A DNA stretch of 56,107 bases, counting the filler, from Sluysia triapertura (taxonomy: Eukaryota), in NCBI GenBank assembly GCA_046118255.1. It is 4 parts of 4 records of this genome, joined end to end, with 100 filler letters (N's around TTAATTAATTAA, not from the genome) between each part and the next. Parts side by side here need not be neighbours in the genome. Positions count along the whole stretch, not along the records: positions 1 to 16,708 come from JBJNIA010198820.1; positions 16,809 to 30,190 come from JBJNIA010043462.1; 2 more parts are not named here. One strand, 5' to 3'. Below are positions 1 through 16,989 of this stretch, piece after piece (within the stretch, counting starts at the first letter, position 1; every line of letters begins with the position of its first letter). The notes below the pieces were generated by a model. That model was given only the letters and a program-made list of their open reading frames with translations. It did not search any database and was not told the origin of the DNA. A program made the position numbers and the translations under genes.

Positions 1-1263
1 AATAATAAAATAATCTGGACTTACCGTTTAGAAGATGATATATTATTATTTATTTCCTAAATATTTGATAAATTATCCTCTGATTTGGAATTGAAATAAA
101 ATTATTAAAATTTGAAAATAATGTAAATTGAAAATTATTAAAATTTGAAAATTATGATTCAATTAACTTTAAATTATATATTTATTTAACTAAAATATTT
201 GGTTTATTTAACTAAAATATTTGGACTTGGACTTCAGACCGTCAAACTACAACTTGATATTTTATACATAATTTAACTTATACTTGATTTTACATATCTA
301 TATATATATATACAAAAATGAATGACCTTGGGGTCATTCAAACATAAATTAAAAGAAATATAAATTAAAACGAATATACTCCTTTACGTTATAAGGAATG
401 TATTAAAATTATTGTATTAAAATGTATTAGATTTATTAAAATTATTGTATTAAAATTAAAATTATTGAAAAATTATTATATTAAAGTTTAAAATAAAATC
501 TTACCTAATTTGCATTAAATTGAAATATATTAAATGAATACTAAAATATTAATCCAAAGATTTACATTAAATTGAAATATATTAAACAATATTATCGATC
601 AATAATACAAAATTCATAATTCAATCTTATAATATTGATTTTAAAATCTATAAATAAATTTTGAACTTTTGAATACATAACATATTTAAATTATGAATTA
701 CACAACAATTTGAATTATGAAATACACAACAAAACATTAATAAAATATTACTTTAAAAATAAAAATAATATTAAAATATTAACTACTTTAATTAAAACAT
801 TAATTTTTTCAAAAAATTAAAATACTTACTATTCATTAATTATAAATTTCATAAATATCCATTTACCATTAATTTCATAAACAAAAAATATTACAAAAAT
901 TCAATTGCTATAAATTGTTAATAAAATGATCTTTAAAAATAATCAATGATTCATAGTTAAAAATATAATATTTATATAATCATTGTTAATCATTAATCAC
1001 AAAAATGATTCATTAGTCACAATTGCTAATCACTTGTTAAAAATTAATCACAACAATTTTAACGTTGATCATACTCTGAAGCAATAAATTATCTGGTTTT
1101 AAATTTGATGAATCACTTTGTTCCACTGACAATATTTGTTGAAAAAACTTTCAGTTGCTTACCAGAATTGACTCTATTGTCATGAACTTGACATAATTTT
1201 GTACTTTACCAGTAACATAAAGTGCTTTAATTTTATACTAGTCATCATCCAAAAAGAATTGAT

Positions 1264-1384
1264 CGAATGCTCTAGAACATTCTAGAAGCTTTTATTCTAG
1301 TTTTAGTAAGGAATCTTTTTAGAAATTAAGATTTTAAATGGTTTATTTTCATTGATTTGGTAGTTTGAAATGGTTGTGATGACA
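1264..1384. mobile_element. HSE-bearing dispersed repeat (solo-LTR-like), copy 1, in the STK38 intron
   Basis: CTAGAACATTCTAGAAGC core and terminal GGTTGTGATGACA are shared with the copies at ~26149 and ~55502. Confidence 0.6.
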
Positions 1385-1420
1385 TTTATTGAAATATTAT
1401 CATTCTTTTATATTGTTTAG

Positions 1421-5653
<4,233 letters not shown>

Positions 5654-7674
5654 TATATTGTGGATCAAAATTACTTTTATTTCATTTATTATGAATTCTT
5701 ATAATTTTGTAATTGTATTAATTATTTTGTGATTCGAATATTTTCTGTGTTATTTTCAGGAAATTTCTTTTCCAGTTTAGAATATTTATTATAGTTGTAA
5801 AATATAAAGTTAAGTTTTAATCTATGAAAGTATAAAGTGCAAATATTGATAAATTAATTTATTTTCTATTATATAAAATAACAAAATTAGGAAATAATGT
5901 GTTACTTTTATTGCTTTGCTATTGCAAAGATTTTAAATTAATTTCAGGAAGTATAATTTGTTAATATGTTTTGCTATAATTGTACCTTTTATTCTTTTTT
6001 ACGAAAAACAAATTAATTTATTACAATTTTTAAATAGAAATTTTATTATATTTCGTGAAAATTTTACCATTTTTGTTATCTTAATGTACTTTTTGGATTA
6101 ACATACTTAATATACAAAATAATAAATATTATTTTTTTAAAAATGAAATATAATTGTGATATAGAGAAAAGATATTTCCTCAATCTTTTATGTTTTTATA
6201 TTCATTGAATAAGTTTTGTCATATATACTTTAAATTTTGTGATTTTTTTCTTTTAGTAGAATGACTTAATAATTTAGAGAACTTGTTATTTTTAAATAAA
6301 TATTTTATAAATAATAATGACAATTTTTGTACAATAAATTTATATTTTAAACATAAAAAAATAACGCTAATAGATAATTTGAAATTGATATATTCAATAA
6401 GCATTGTCATCTGAGTTTATATTTATCTTATGTTCAGATAGGTGAAATTTAGATATTTCTGCCATCGTTGGTCATCAGTCAGTATTGTTATAAGATAAAA
6501 ATTTACTTATAAATTAATAATAAACTATTATATAAATTATTATATTAAATCAAAAATTACTTATAAATTTGTTATAAAATTAAATTATTGAATAGAATAG
6601 TTATTATAAAATGACTACAGAAATTATTAATATTAGAATTTATAGTACGGTAAAATTGGAATTACTGAAATAAATATTAACTATATAATTTATTAATATT
6701 GGAATAATTAGTATGGAATTAAATTTACAGTATAAATTTATTGAAATAAATATTATTGCAAAAGTATATAATCACTAACAAATTGCTTTGTAACACCGCA
6801 ATTATTATCAGGTTTATATTTAAGTTACTGCAAACTTACAGCAATCTTTGAAGATTTGTAACAAATGGATTGAAGAATATTATTAGTTTTCTTGAATTAA
6901 AACTTCTAATTATATTTAATTTAATTGCGAAGAAAGAAAATGCATCAAGAAACTTATTGAATAAATTAATTTAAAATAGTACTCAAAATCACCATTAAAT
7001 TATGTGTGGTAGGCTTAACTTGGTTAAAAGAGTTTTTTTCATATATTTTTGTGGTTAATAAAATTTGTTTCTTAACTAAATCTTTTTATTTCGTTTAAGT
7101 TCAGAAAAGTTTGAAATTGTACATCCTTGAAACTATTCGCACTACCATCTCGAATGTCAGAGGTGATTGAGAATTTAACCTTCAGAATAACCTTGATAAG
7201 TCTAAAGAGTATAATATAAATTTAGAATAAAAAGCAGAGTAAAAGTTAGAGGCAAAACTAAAATAAATCAGAATTACACAAAGTTATAATAAAATATTTA
7301 AAACGGTATAATAAAATCAAAATTATATTTTAAAGTAATTATAAGTTATGAATGTTATTTTTAAATTTTTGAAATTTACTTTAAACTTAAAATTTATAAG
7401 AATAAAATTTACATTAAGTTTGCTATTAAAGAAAATGAAATTAGCTGAATTTACTTTGAATAATTTAAAATTTCCATTTACAAATAAGGAAAGAATAAAA
7501 TTAAATAACATAACTTTATTTTGATTACATGAAATTATAAAATCTATAAAAACTATTGTAAAATATTCTTTTATTTTAAAATTTACATCGAGTTCTGAGC
7601 ATGCCATTGGTACGATAACTTCACGATTTCTTAAGTTAAATTATTAAAGTCAAATAATTGCATATAAATCAATT

Positions 7675-8920
7675 TAAAATTTACTTTTAGTATAAAAATG
7701 TTTGTGGGTGCATAAGTTACAACATGATCTTTTGTTGGAATTGTATTGATTGTAAAGTTTCTGTTTGATTCTTCAAATCTTAATATCTGAGGAGCAGATT
7801 TATACGATTCGTATGTTGAATGTAAATGGAGTTTCCAATTGCCTCATGATAAATTTCTTTGATATGGTAATATCTGCAACTTTGACCAAACTTCAAGCCT
7901 ATTCCTAGCCCATTAGTCTGTGAACTGCACTATGCTGAATGATAATGTGTAACCAAAATTGGATTCGAACTAATAAATGTTGGTCCAGTCACATCTTGTA
8001 TTTGCTTATTTTAATGGATAGTTGCATTAGATTTGTTCTTCTATTTGCCTTTATTTAGCACATCTACTTGCGGTTTGAAAGTTAGAATTTCTTTGAGCAT
8101 CATAGTTACTTTTTCGAATTTAATTTGTTGGCAAACGACTTCAGTGACAAATTCGATTGTGGTCACATTATTTGATGACTGAGATAATGGCATAATTGTA
8201 TCATCGTTTGTCGTTTCATTATAGGAATTAACGTGAATACCACTTCTAAGACTATGGTTTGGACATTAAACTTCGGATCTAATTGGTTTTTATTGCATAA
8301 TGAATTAAATAACTGTCCATCATGCTAAATATTATTTATCGTAAATGATAAATTTCTGTGCAACACGTCAGAAACTAATGTGATACTCTAAACTTTAAAT
8401 TCACTTCATATTCCTCTAAAGGTTTCTGTAAAAACAAGAATATAACATTCAAAAAATTGTTCATTATTTCATCACTAATAATCTTACTAAAAGTATACAT
8501 ATGATTAATCATAACGGATTCAAATTCAGTTTGTCTTATATGAATGGCGTGATCTACATCTAAAATTACATTAATTACTAAATCCGATTGCAACGATGTT
8601 AACATAATTGGTAACGTGAATTTTGATACGGACAATAAAGATTTAAATTTTATTTGTGTTGATGAAGTTAATTCAGAACGACTGCAGTGAGAGTTTCTTT
8701 CTACTTTTTTTGATGATTTGTATAAAATCGTGGGGTAGAACAATCTAACATTAAATTAAGAACATTTAATTTATATAAGTCTAAATGTGAATAGCTTAGT
8801 TTCAACTTGTCTTGTATCACTATGATCTCTACAAGTAATCATAATAATTTTTACATCATACATTTCGTAAGGTATATAATTTATTTCAATTCTGTTCATG
8901 TTATTAAATTCATTAGTCAT
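7675..8920 (-). pseudogene. Decayed intronless ORF of unknown family (~400 codons with several stops and at least one frameshift), probably transposon cargo
   Basis: From the ATG at 8920 it reads MTNEFNNMNRIEINYIPYEMYDVK..., continues in frame through ORF 8375-8743 and beyond with scattered stops, and ends ..KRSCCNLCTHKHFY in another frame. Confidence 0.45.
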
Positions 8921-9048
8921 TGATGATGGTATTTTTTCAATAAATCATTAATAATTGTATAAATGTCACAATAGTGAAGTTGTGTGATATTTGAGTTGTT
9001 GGTTAGAACAATAAAATTTATTATTTATTATGTCTCTAATGTGGATTG

Positions 9049-9066
9049 TGATTGGACGTCCAATCA
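9049..9066. promoter_or_regulatory. Perfect palindrome TGATTGGACGTCCAATCA (two inverted CCAAT boxes) upstream of the 8920 ORF
   Basis: Seen directly; a related motif lies at 24629-24646. Confidence 0.5.
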
Positions 9067-10581
9067 AATCACTTGAATCAAATATTGAAAGAGTGGCATG
9101 TGTACAACAAACAATCAACGTATCAGTTCATCAATGTGCCATGTATTAATTCGATAAGCAACCGTCATCAGTAGACAGTTAAATAACCAACACTTTTAAA
9201 TTTATTTAAAAAGCTGTCACTGATGACAGGCTAGGCTCAGACAGAGCTATTTTAGAGACACAAAGTTGATCTTAATGGTTAAGTAATCAGAAAAGTGAGT
9301 CTCAGGTCACTACAGTATTATGATCTGCTGATATATCTAATTATATCCTCAAATATAAAATTAACATATATAAAATATATAAAATTCAAAATAGTATAAA
9401 TCATAATCACTTGTTACATATTAATCGAATAATTAACTTACAACAAAACTATTTCAAAGCAAACTTATAAAATCAAAACTTAAAATGTGAATTCTTAATC
9501 AAATCAAAAAGAAAATATGAAGTAGAAATGACCTTAGTAAAACTTATTAAACTTTAGCAAGGCACTGGAAGTATCGATAAAATTTAAAATCGAAAATCAG
9601 AACTTATAAACTTAATCATAAACTTAAACTGAAACTATAGTTTATATCAACAATATATATGTCAACATTGAAAAATCTTGTAATATCAGAAAACGCAACC
9701 TTATCAATAAAATCGAAGTAAATCAAAATCAAATTAACGTGACAAAATATATCACATTTCAAAGAAATCGTATAAATCAAAACCTAACTTATAAACCCAT
9801 GCGAACAAAGCATCAATAAAATGAAAAATAATATCTATACTTATCAATCAATGTAAAAAATCTTTAAAAATACTAAATTAAATTTAATCTACTCTTATTA
9901 ATGTTGGGATCCAAATTTCTTATTGTGGTGCTATGTAAATTTAATATTTTAGTAGCGAGTTCGCCTGCAGCATGGGATTTTCTACAGGATTTAAAATACA
10001 TTTTCTTTAGAAGTCAATAAAATTTGCTCCTAAACTTTGTGTTGATTAACGATAATTAACAGCATTAATTAATACTTTTATCATGAAGAAATACATAATA
10101 ATAGATTAAACAAATATAAGGGAGGATGTAAATCTTTTATTTAAAAAATCAATCCTTTTTAAATTTAAATTTGTTTATTTTAATTTGATTTTTAGTCAAC
10201 TCTTTAAAATGCCTATTTACAAAAAATGAAATTATAACAGAGTTTACATAATATTTATGAATTGTGATGATACTTAATATTAATTTAATTAATTAATTAA
10301 TTAATTGAAATTTTTTACTGTAAATGTCTGAATAATTTTAATTGGTAATGTCTGAACATATCTGATTAGTTTTGTTTGAAAATGTCTTTTGTATTCAAAT
10401 TTCAGAGAATAATTCATGGTATCTTTCTTTTGTATGTTCTACAGATTTCTCATATATTTGTTTGTTTTCGGTATTTGCTGCTTGAACATTTTAGCATATT
10501 TTATATTTTTGCTCTGTGGCACCAAAATTATCAAAATAAATTTTTTCACTTCTAGGCCTATAGCCTATTTTTATATTTTAT

Positions 10582-10599
10582 TATTAATATTATTATCTC

Positions 10600-10657
<58 letters not shown>

Positions 10658-10683
10658 GTTATTATTGTTATTATTGTTGTTGT
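10582..10683. repeat. (ATT)n microsatellite
   Basis: Seen directly; it generates the poly-Leu and poly-Ile pseudo-ORFs. Confidence 0.97.
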
Positions 10684-10816
10684 ATTTTGTTCTATAATTA
10701 TGTTTATAATTTTTTGGGCGATTTTAATTATTGTGCCATTTTTCTTAAGAGAATATTGTAGTATATTAATACCTCGCAAAATATATATTTTTATGTAAAT
10801 TAATTTTTAATTACGA

Positions 10817-11480
10817 ATGACAGCCACATATTGTCTTTGGATTCTTATGATTGAAATCCGCATAGTTTATCTGAGTTTATTAATCAGTATCAGATAAGTT
10901 CCAAAATTTACGGCTGGAATGAAGCCAAACAATGTGAAATATTCCTATTGTATTTACGAGGAAGATCTTTGGGTGTCTATCTCAATATTTCGGAAGAAAA
11001 AAGTGTGGAATGAACTGATCTAATTAAGAAATTCGAAAATCAATTAATTACTAAAGATACACAATCTACTAATGGTGAATTGGTTGTACAACAATTTTTG
11101 GATGTATGCAAGGAGCCAATTCGATCAGACTTGTTAATTTCTGATGCTACGAATTAAGAAAATATTCAATTATAAGCCACAATTATGGAATCTAGATTAT
11201 CCATTATTCTATATAAGGCTAGTTTTATGGTTTCTGATATTGAACCAGTAGAACATCTACTTCAGAATCCTGTAATACTTATATACCTAAAAACAACTTT
11301 CATATGGACATCGAAGAAGATCTAAGAAAATTTAATAATCAATTTATTTAATAATGAAAATAATCATCGTAGTAATAGACCCAATAATTCTGGGCAAATT
11401 GTTCAATTTCAGAACGTCATTATATGTTATTATTGCAATAACATTATTACTCAAAAAAACTAATTCGGCTAACAGTCAAA
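10817..11480 (+). pseudogene. Decayed Ty3/gypsy-like gag
   Basis: LDSYD*NPHSLSEFINQYQISSKIYGWNEAKQCEIFLLYLRGRSLGVYLNISEE matches the retrotransposon gag pattern (F..F...A...GW...K....L...L.G.A...Y). A CYYCN zinc-knuckle start occurs at ~11425. Confidence 0.7.
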
Positions 11481-11929
11481 ATGATCAGAAACCAATACAT
11501 ATCGTGTAGATATATAGACTATAAATGAAGAAAATAGTTAAAGTGACAGAAAATTAATGATGAGGAGAAAGAGGATGAAGCTGCTGAAGAAATGTTCAGT
11601 AAATTATTCATGATAACGGAGGCTGATGAACATACTGAAGAAAATGAGAATATCGATATAAACTACTTATTAATAATGGACGAATCAATAATAAAAGAAG
11701 TAGCTATAATTTTAGACATGTATACGCATTAAGTAATAATTTATATTTTACTTTATAATAAATATAGATATTTTAAATAAAAAACAGAATATTTAAAATA
11801 TAAATAAAATATTAAAAAACAAAACATTTACATAAATTCACAAATGTGAAAATCACATAAATATTTATTTCTAACACAAAGGACTAGTCATAAAATGAGA
11901 TGTATGATAATTCTGTATGTGGACTAAGA

Positions 11930-12012
11930 AAATTAAAATCGGAACCCATATTAAATAAAGTTAGTAATGTTGACTTACAAAATAAATGTTTTACATTCTA
12001 ACAGTATCGCGA
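11930..12012 (+). pseudogene. Possible integrase C-terminal (GPY/F-like) remnant
   Basis: PILNKVSNVD and NVLHSNSI resemble GPY.I..K.S.V.Y....VVH.NR.K; the match is short and degenerate. Confidence 0.35.
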
Positions 12013-12104
12013 ATGAAGCATAATCTCTTAAAAAGAAAATAAAATTGTTAAAAGGGTAAAGAGTTTGTTTTGAAGTGAATCGGACTTTATTATTAAAGCA
12101 AATT

Positions 12105-12540
12105 TTAATATTAATAACTATTTTATTAGGATTATCATTAGTTCAGTCAATAAGAGCAAATGATTGCAAAAACGCTACTTTGGAGAAATATTTTCACTGA
12201 GGGATGTTGAAGAATGCCCTGAGGTCTACCCAAATAAGTTCATTAACCATATGTATCACGTTTATCAAGGAAGGGGACTAATTTATACTCAAGCTAAAAT
12301 GTGTTCCGTTACAAGAAAAATATCTATTAGGTGGTATGGGAATTATAATCACACTTCAATAATTAAACAACCTCATTTAGAAGAATACTTAGAAATTACA
12401 CCCACTAATTGTTATTCAGCTTTTCAAACTTAGAAAATTAAAATAGATACACAAATTAAACTAAAAGCAAAAGTTGGTGTAATATTTGTTGGAGATTTAT
12501 TTAACGATAGTGCTTGTGACTATGGAGAATGTTGGTGTGG
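12105..12540 (+). pseudogene. Truncated, decayed chuvirus-like / class III fusion envelope glycoprotein (env)
   Basis: Hydrophobic leader LLGLSLVQSIRANDCKNAT, then a frameshift, then GEIFSLRDVEECPEV..QAKMCSVTRKISIRWYGNYNHTSII..YLEITPTNCYSAFQT*..VIFVGDLFNDSACDYG. This follows the YDC / SL.DV..C / C..(R)....CG...H.S / C...H.TG / G.....G.C.G pattern I recall for chuviral and Anakin glycoproteins. Confidence 0.7.
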
Positions 12541-12833
12541 TGTTACACCCCACTATATCACATACATCTCATCCACTACCATCATCAACCACATAAACCT
12601 CATCACAAACAAAAACCATATTAAAAATAAATTCATTCACAATATCTGCATTATCACACCTTTTTTCCCTGGCAAATCATAGACGCATAATAAAATCTTT
12701 TTTTATTAATATTTTCTTATACGTAACGCTTGTTGCCACCTCATCATCACTACAACACTACCCTTTTTATTGTATTTATTATTGCAATTTTTAAAGCTTT
12801 GAATTTCCTATTTACTTCCTTTTACTAATAAAT

Positions 12834-13317
12834 TTGAATGTGCTTAATCCAGATTTGAAACAGATGAATTTAACGGAATCTAACTTTAAGTCAATTGATA
12901 ACACAGGAAAAGTAGTAATGGATCAGGATATTGTTACTCGAATTGATGAGTTAAGAAAAGAAGTCGGTGGACTTATCGATGAAATAATTGCTAAAGAAAA
13001 TAAATTATTAGAATCAACATTGCAAGGTAAAAATGCGATTAGTTTACCGATATCGTCTGATATTAATTATCATCACAAATTTGTATTACCACCACAAGAA
13101 GCAGCTTATAGATTAAGTATTGAAACTCATGTTATTTAATAATTCAAAAAAACATCATAATCAAACTTTATTTATATCACGTTCTTATCAAATTCAATCA
13201 AAATGTAACAATTCAGCTACCGCTCCATCATCAACAATGAACAATTTTCAAATTCGTAAATCATATACTTCTACTGAAAGTAACAGCAGTGACAATGATT
13301 TTCAGTACAACCGTTAG
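12834..13317 (+). pseudogene. Frameshifted coiled-coil ORF of unknown function (ORFs 12834-13139 + 13120-13317)
   Basis: Heptad-like IVTRIDELRKEVGGLIDEIIAKENKLLES; the overlapping ORFs suggest a frameshift. Confidence 0.4.
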
Positions 13318-14256
13318 AACTTAATACTATTTTCAAGGATATCAACGACAGCTCTTCGGATGTTATAGTGAATAATGAATCGCTCAATAATCATAAAATA
13401 TGTAATTATGCAAAAATGTTTGATACAGACACAAGTGTTGACTTTAAACGAATTTAGTATCAGTGAATAGATAACATTAAAATATTTTTATAATAAAAAA
13501 CTAATATTAATTTGCTCAAAATATTGTGTTTTCAGATTTAAATAAAATTTTGTTTAAACATTACGTTATTATTTTAAATGTTTAATTCTGACTTCATGGA
13601 TTATAGCACAAACATATTTTAAATTTATGAAATTGTTGTCGATTTTATCCAAGTCATATTTCGTTATATGTAATTGGTTATGCATAAGTTAACATACTAT
13701 TTTTAGATCAATGTTATATTGAAAACGTGTTACAGCATGTTAAATTCATCATATGTAACCTGAAATCAAATCGAATAAATTTAATGAAGCAATTAATGAA
13801 GGATTTAGAGAGATAATAAGATAAGTGATTTGTTATATATTTTTATGTATCACACTGTACAACTTTAAAAGCACTACATAAATTGATGTATTCGTATTCT
13901 ATTTCACAAATGTTGTTTTTGGAAATTAGCTATAGTACAGGAAGATTTGGAATTAACAAGACAGCAGTATGAAAATAAAATGAAAGAAATATCTAAGCAC
14001 ATTTGATATTAATGTATTTGTTGCATTAATGTATTTTATCTCATTTCGAATTTTGTTACTCAAAATTAAATATTCTACAAAATATTAATTAACAATCTAT
14101 ATATTTTCCTATTTTGTATTAAAATTTTGTTTTAGTTGCGAGAAATTTTTGAATTTGACATTGTCAATAATTCGAATTGACTTGTTATACGTATGGTAAA
14201 AATTGTTTTATAAATCTTCAAAACAAGGAAAAGTAATCATATACACTAAAAAAAAT

Positions 14257-15610
14257 ATGAAATCCAACTTCATACAACTATCATCGATTCCAAGTGTGGA
14301 AACTATAAAATTTTCTGACGATGAAGACTAGCATCGACGAGCTCCTTACAGTCCTTCGATTTTTCTCGACGATGATGTAACAATTAACAATCGGAACGAT
14401 AAAGTTGACAATACAACGTTAGAAGACTATTTTTCAAGTAGTTTATCATCTCAAAAAGAAGATATTTTAAAAGTAGACCTATCATGTTTTACAGACAACA
14501 ATGTGATACGAAGAATAAGTGAAAGCTATTTGAAGCAATCACCAGATTTGATTTATCTTAGAGAAAGCATTGATGTTTTAAAACATACTGAATTTGAATC
14601 TTGTAATTTTCTTGGCTCCCATTTAAGAAGACTTTATCCATTTGAAATGTCATTTCAAAAAAAGACAAGAGTCGATAGTGACTGTTATCGAGCTGCTGTT
14701 GAACTGGTGGATCGATGTTTATATAAAGAAGGTATACAGAACATGAAAACCTGTAACAAGACCACTGTCATGCGTTTGTTTACTGATGCTAAATTAACTC
14801 AAAAAGAAAATATTACTGTTGATTCAATCCAACGAATAGTTGGAAATAGATATGAAAGTAAAGAGATGTAGTGAAAGCACTCTACAGTATTATGTTGCTA
14901 CCAACACTTGACCAATATTTTCGTTACTTTTTATTATTAGATAAACCGAATAATTGTAAACAAATTTAAAGGATACCGCCATGTCTTGTAACAGTTTAGC
15001 TGGTTATCCTTATTCATTTATTAACGATGATATGTATTGTTTAACTTATTATATTATTAGACTTTTTGAAATTAGTTTTATTGACGTATTCCTTAAAATT
15101 AGTCATATTAGTAAACATTTTATTATTAGTTACACCAGTCCATGTATTCTTGCAAGATGTATTAGTGGAGCCATATCATTATTTGAATTTGATGTACCAG
15201 TTGAAAAAGACACCTTCGATCTTATTAATTCAAAGTGTGACGAAGGCGAAAGCGGTGACTCATATCCTGGTGTTAATTTGCACACAAAGAAACGTTTTAT
15301 ATGTAAGGTTTTTGCTTTTAGTAATATACCGTTTAATCTATTAAAAACGACTGTGGATGTATTGAAATTACGTTTTAATAAAATCCTGTTAATGAGTTAT
15401 CATTTTTATCGCCCTCATCAATTTAACATAAATATTATGGTGTGGAACAATTATGTGGAACTTTATAAGTAATACAAATTTTCTAAGTTAAAAAATAATG
15501 TTCGTAACGTAAGTAAAAACGCCGTACAAATAAAATTTAATACGACCACTATAAAATTAAATCAAACAACTACACAGGGATTTAAAAAAGAATACGATTT
15601 TATTGAATAA
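14257..15610 (+). pseudogene. Intronless, decayed cyclin-like gene (A/B-type cyclin fold)
   Basis: Cyclin-box pattern CYRAAVELVDRCLYKE..VMRLFTDAKLTQKENITVDSIQRIVGNRYESKEM. After a frameshift at ~14868: VVKALYSIMLLPTLDQYFRYF. Then Cyclin_C-like LFEISFIDV..YTSPCILA and terminal YK*YKFSKL..NVS. Several stops and 2 frameshifts. Confidence 0.7.
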
Positions 15611-16708
15611 AGAAGTTACGAAATTTTGAATTTTGTTAAAATTTGTAAAATTAATTTTAAAATAAGTGCTATTTCTCTTTCCATTGTACATTAATAATTT
15701 AGTAAATATTTATTTATTAATTATCTATTACTAAATTTTAATTAAGTAAAATAAATGATACAAAACTGCAGTTATATGTTATAAGAAACGAGTTAGGAAG
15801 ATATGGACCTGAAAAATGCAGAAAGAATTAATACATTAAGATGGACAAAACATAATCAAATATTGTTAGATTAAAAATGATGAATGTGAAAACATCTTCA
15901 ATGATTTTGACAACTGAAGAATATCTATAAGTTCCAAAGACCCTTGTAAAGTGTTAAAATCATTGAAGAAGTCTGAGATGGCTTGCGAAAAATTTGAAAA
16001 CACTAAAGAACCACGGAATTTGTGAACCCTAAACCATATGAGATCTCATCAAACTTCAGGAATATTTCAAATCTTCATACGTGCTTAAGACCTTTGAATA
16101 ACTTTGTAAAGTGTTTGAGGTTATTTATATGTTTGTGAAATGAAAGTCATATATAATAGTTAACATGGAGAAGTAGAAAATGAAGATGAAAATAAGTGCT
16201 GAAGCTGAAAGCATCTTGAACCTTAACAGAACTCAACAATAAAATAAGATTAAGTCTAAAAATAGATTAATTAATGAAAATTTTAATTAACTTAATTAAG
16301 GAAAAATATGTTTTATAAATAATATTGACTTCACTTGTTGAAGAAGAATCGAAAATGCTAAATATGATAAAGTTAAAAATTGTTGTAAAATTAAAGTGTT
16401 CATTTTATTTCATTACTTTTGTTTTATAGTAGAAGCATCCGTCTTGAGTTTTAAAAATAACATTGTCTATTATCACTGCATCATTAATTTATTCATCATC
16501 TATACTAGTATACTATGGCGTATAAACATTTTATCAATTTACATCTATCATTATTATTTCTGTTTGATCTCGAATAAAGATACCACAAGATTGTCACTCA
16601 TCTCCATTTTATCTTTGATTTCATGATTTGTATTATATGACATATTTTATTTCAGTAGTTACTGTAATTCTTTCAAATACCTTACTATCTCTAATATGCA
16701 TTATAATC

Positions 16709-16808
16709 NNNNNNNNNNNNNNNNNNNNNNNNNNNNNNNNNNNNNNNNNNNNTTAATTAATTAANNNNNNNNNNNNNNNNNNNNNNNNNNNNNNNNNNNN
16801 NNNNNNNN
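16709..16808. other. Assembly gap (N44-TTAATTAATTAA-N44 linker)
   Basis: Identical construct at all three gaps. Confidence 0.99.
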
Positions 16809-16885
16809 TTGAAGGGTGTTATGAGTAATGTTGTTTTATGTGATGAATTTTATTTTATTTTTAAGTTAAGGGGTTGGCCACTACA
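16809..16885 (-). mobile_element. Element terminus TGTAGTGGCCAACC, running into the gap
   Basis: The same 14-mer (GGTTGGCCACTACA on +) ends at 25544; both copies are followed on the minus strand by CA-rich sequence. Confidence 0.55.
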
Positions 16886-16989
16886 TTTATCCCATGAACA
16901 TATTCTTTAAAAGTGATCTTCAATTAGAGCTACAAAGACTCGATTAATAATTTATTTACAATTATTATTAAACTATAATATTTTTCAAA

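Larger units (their letters stand above)
12541..16330 (+). mobile_element. Large TG-initiated repeat element nested into env: CA-rich leader, coiled-coil ORF, cyclin-like pseudogene, shared 3' block
   Basis: Env similarity stops at TGTTACACCCC (12541). The leader is similar to 38890-39110, and 15870-16330 is similar to 21390-21880. The boundaries, and whether this is a single element, are uncertain. Confidence 0.5.

Noticed and set aside
10416-10779. Poly-Leu / poly-Ile membrane-protein ORFs
   Set aside because: Translation of an (ATT)n microsatellite.
15066-15344. 92-aa ORF overlapping the cyclin-like frame
   Set aside because: Alternative-frame shadow with no recognisable motif.
16753-16764. 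TTAATTAATTAA repeated inside all three N-runs
   Set aside because: Artificial all-frame-stop scaffolding linker, not biology.
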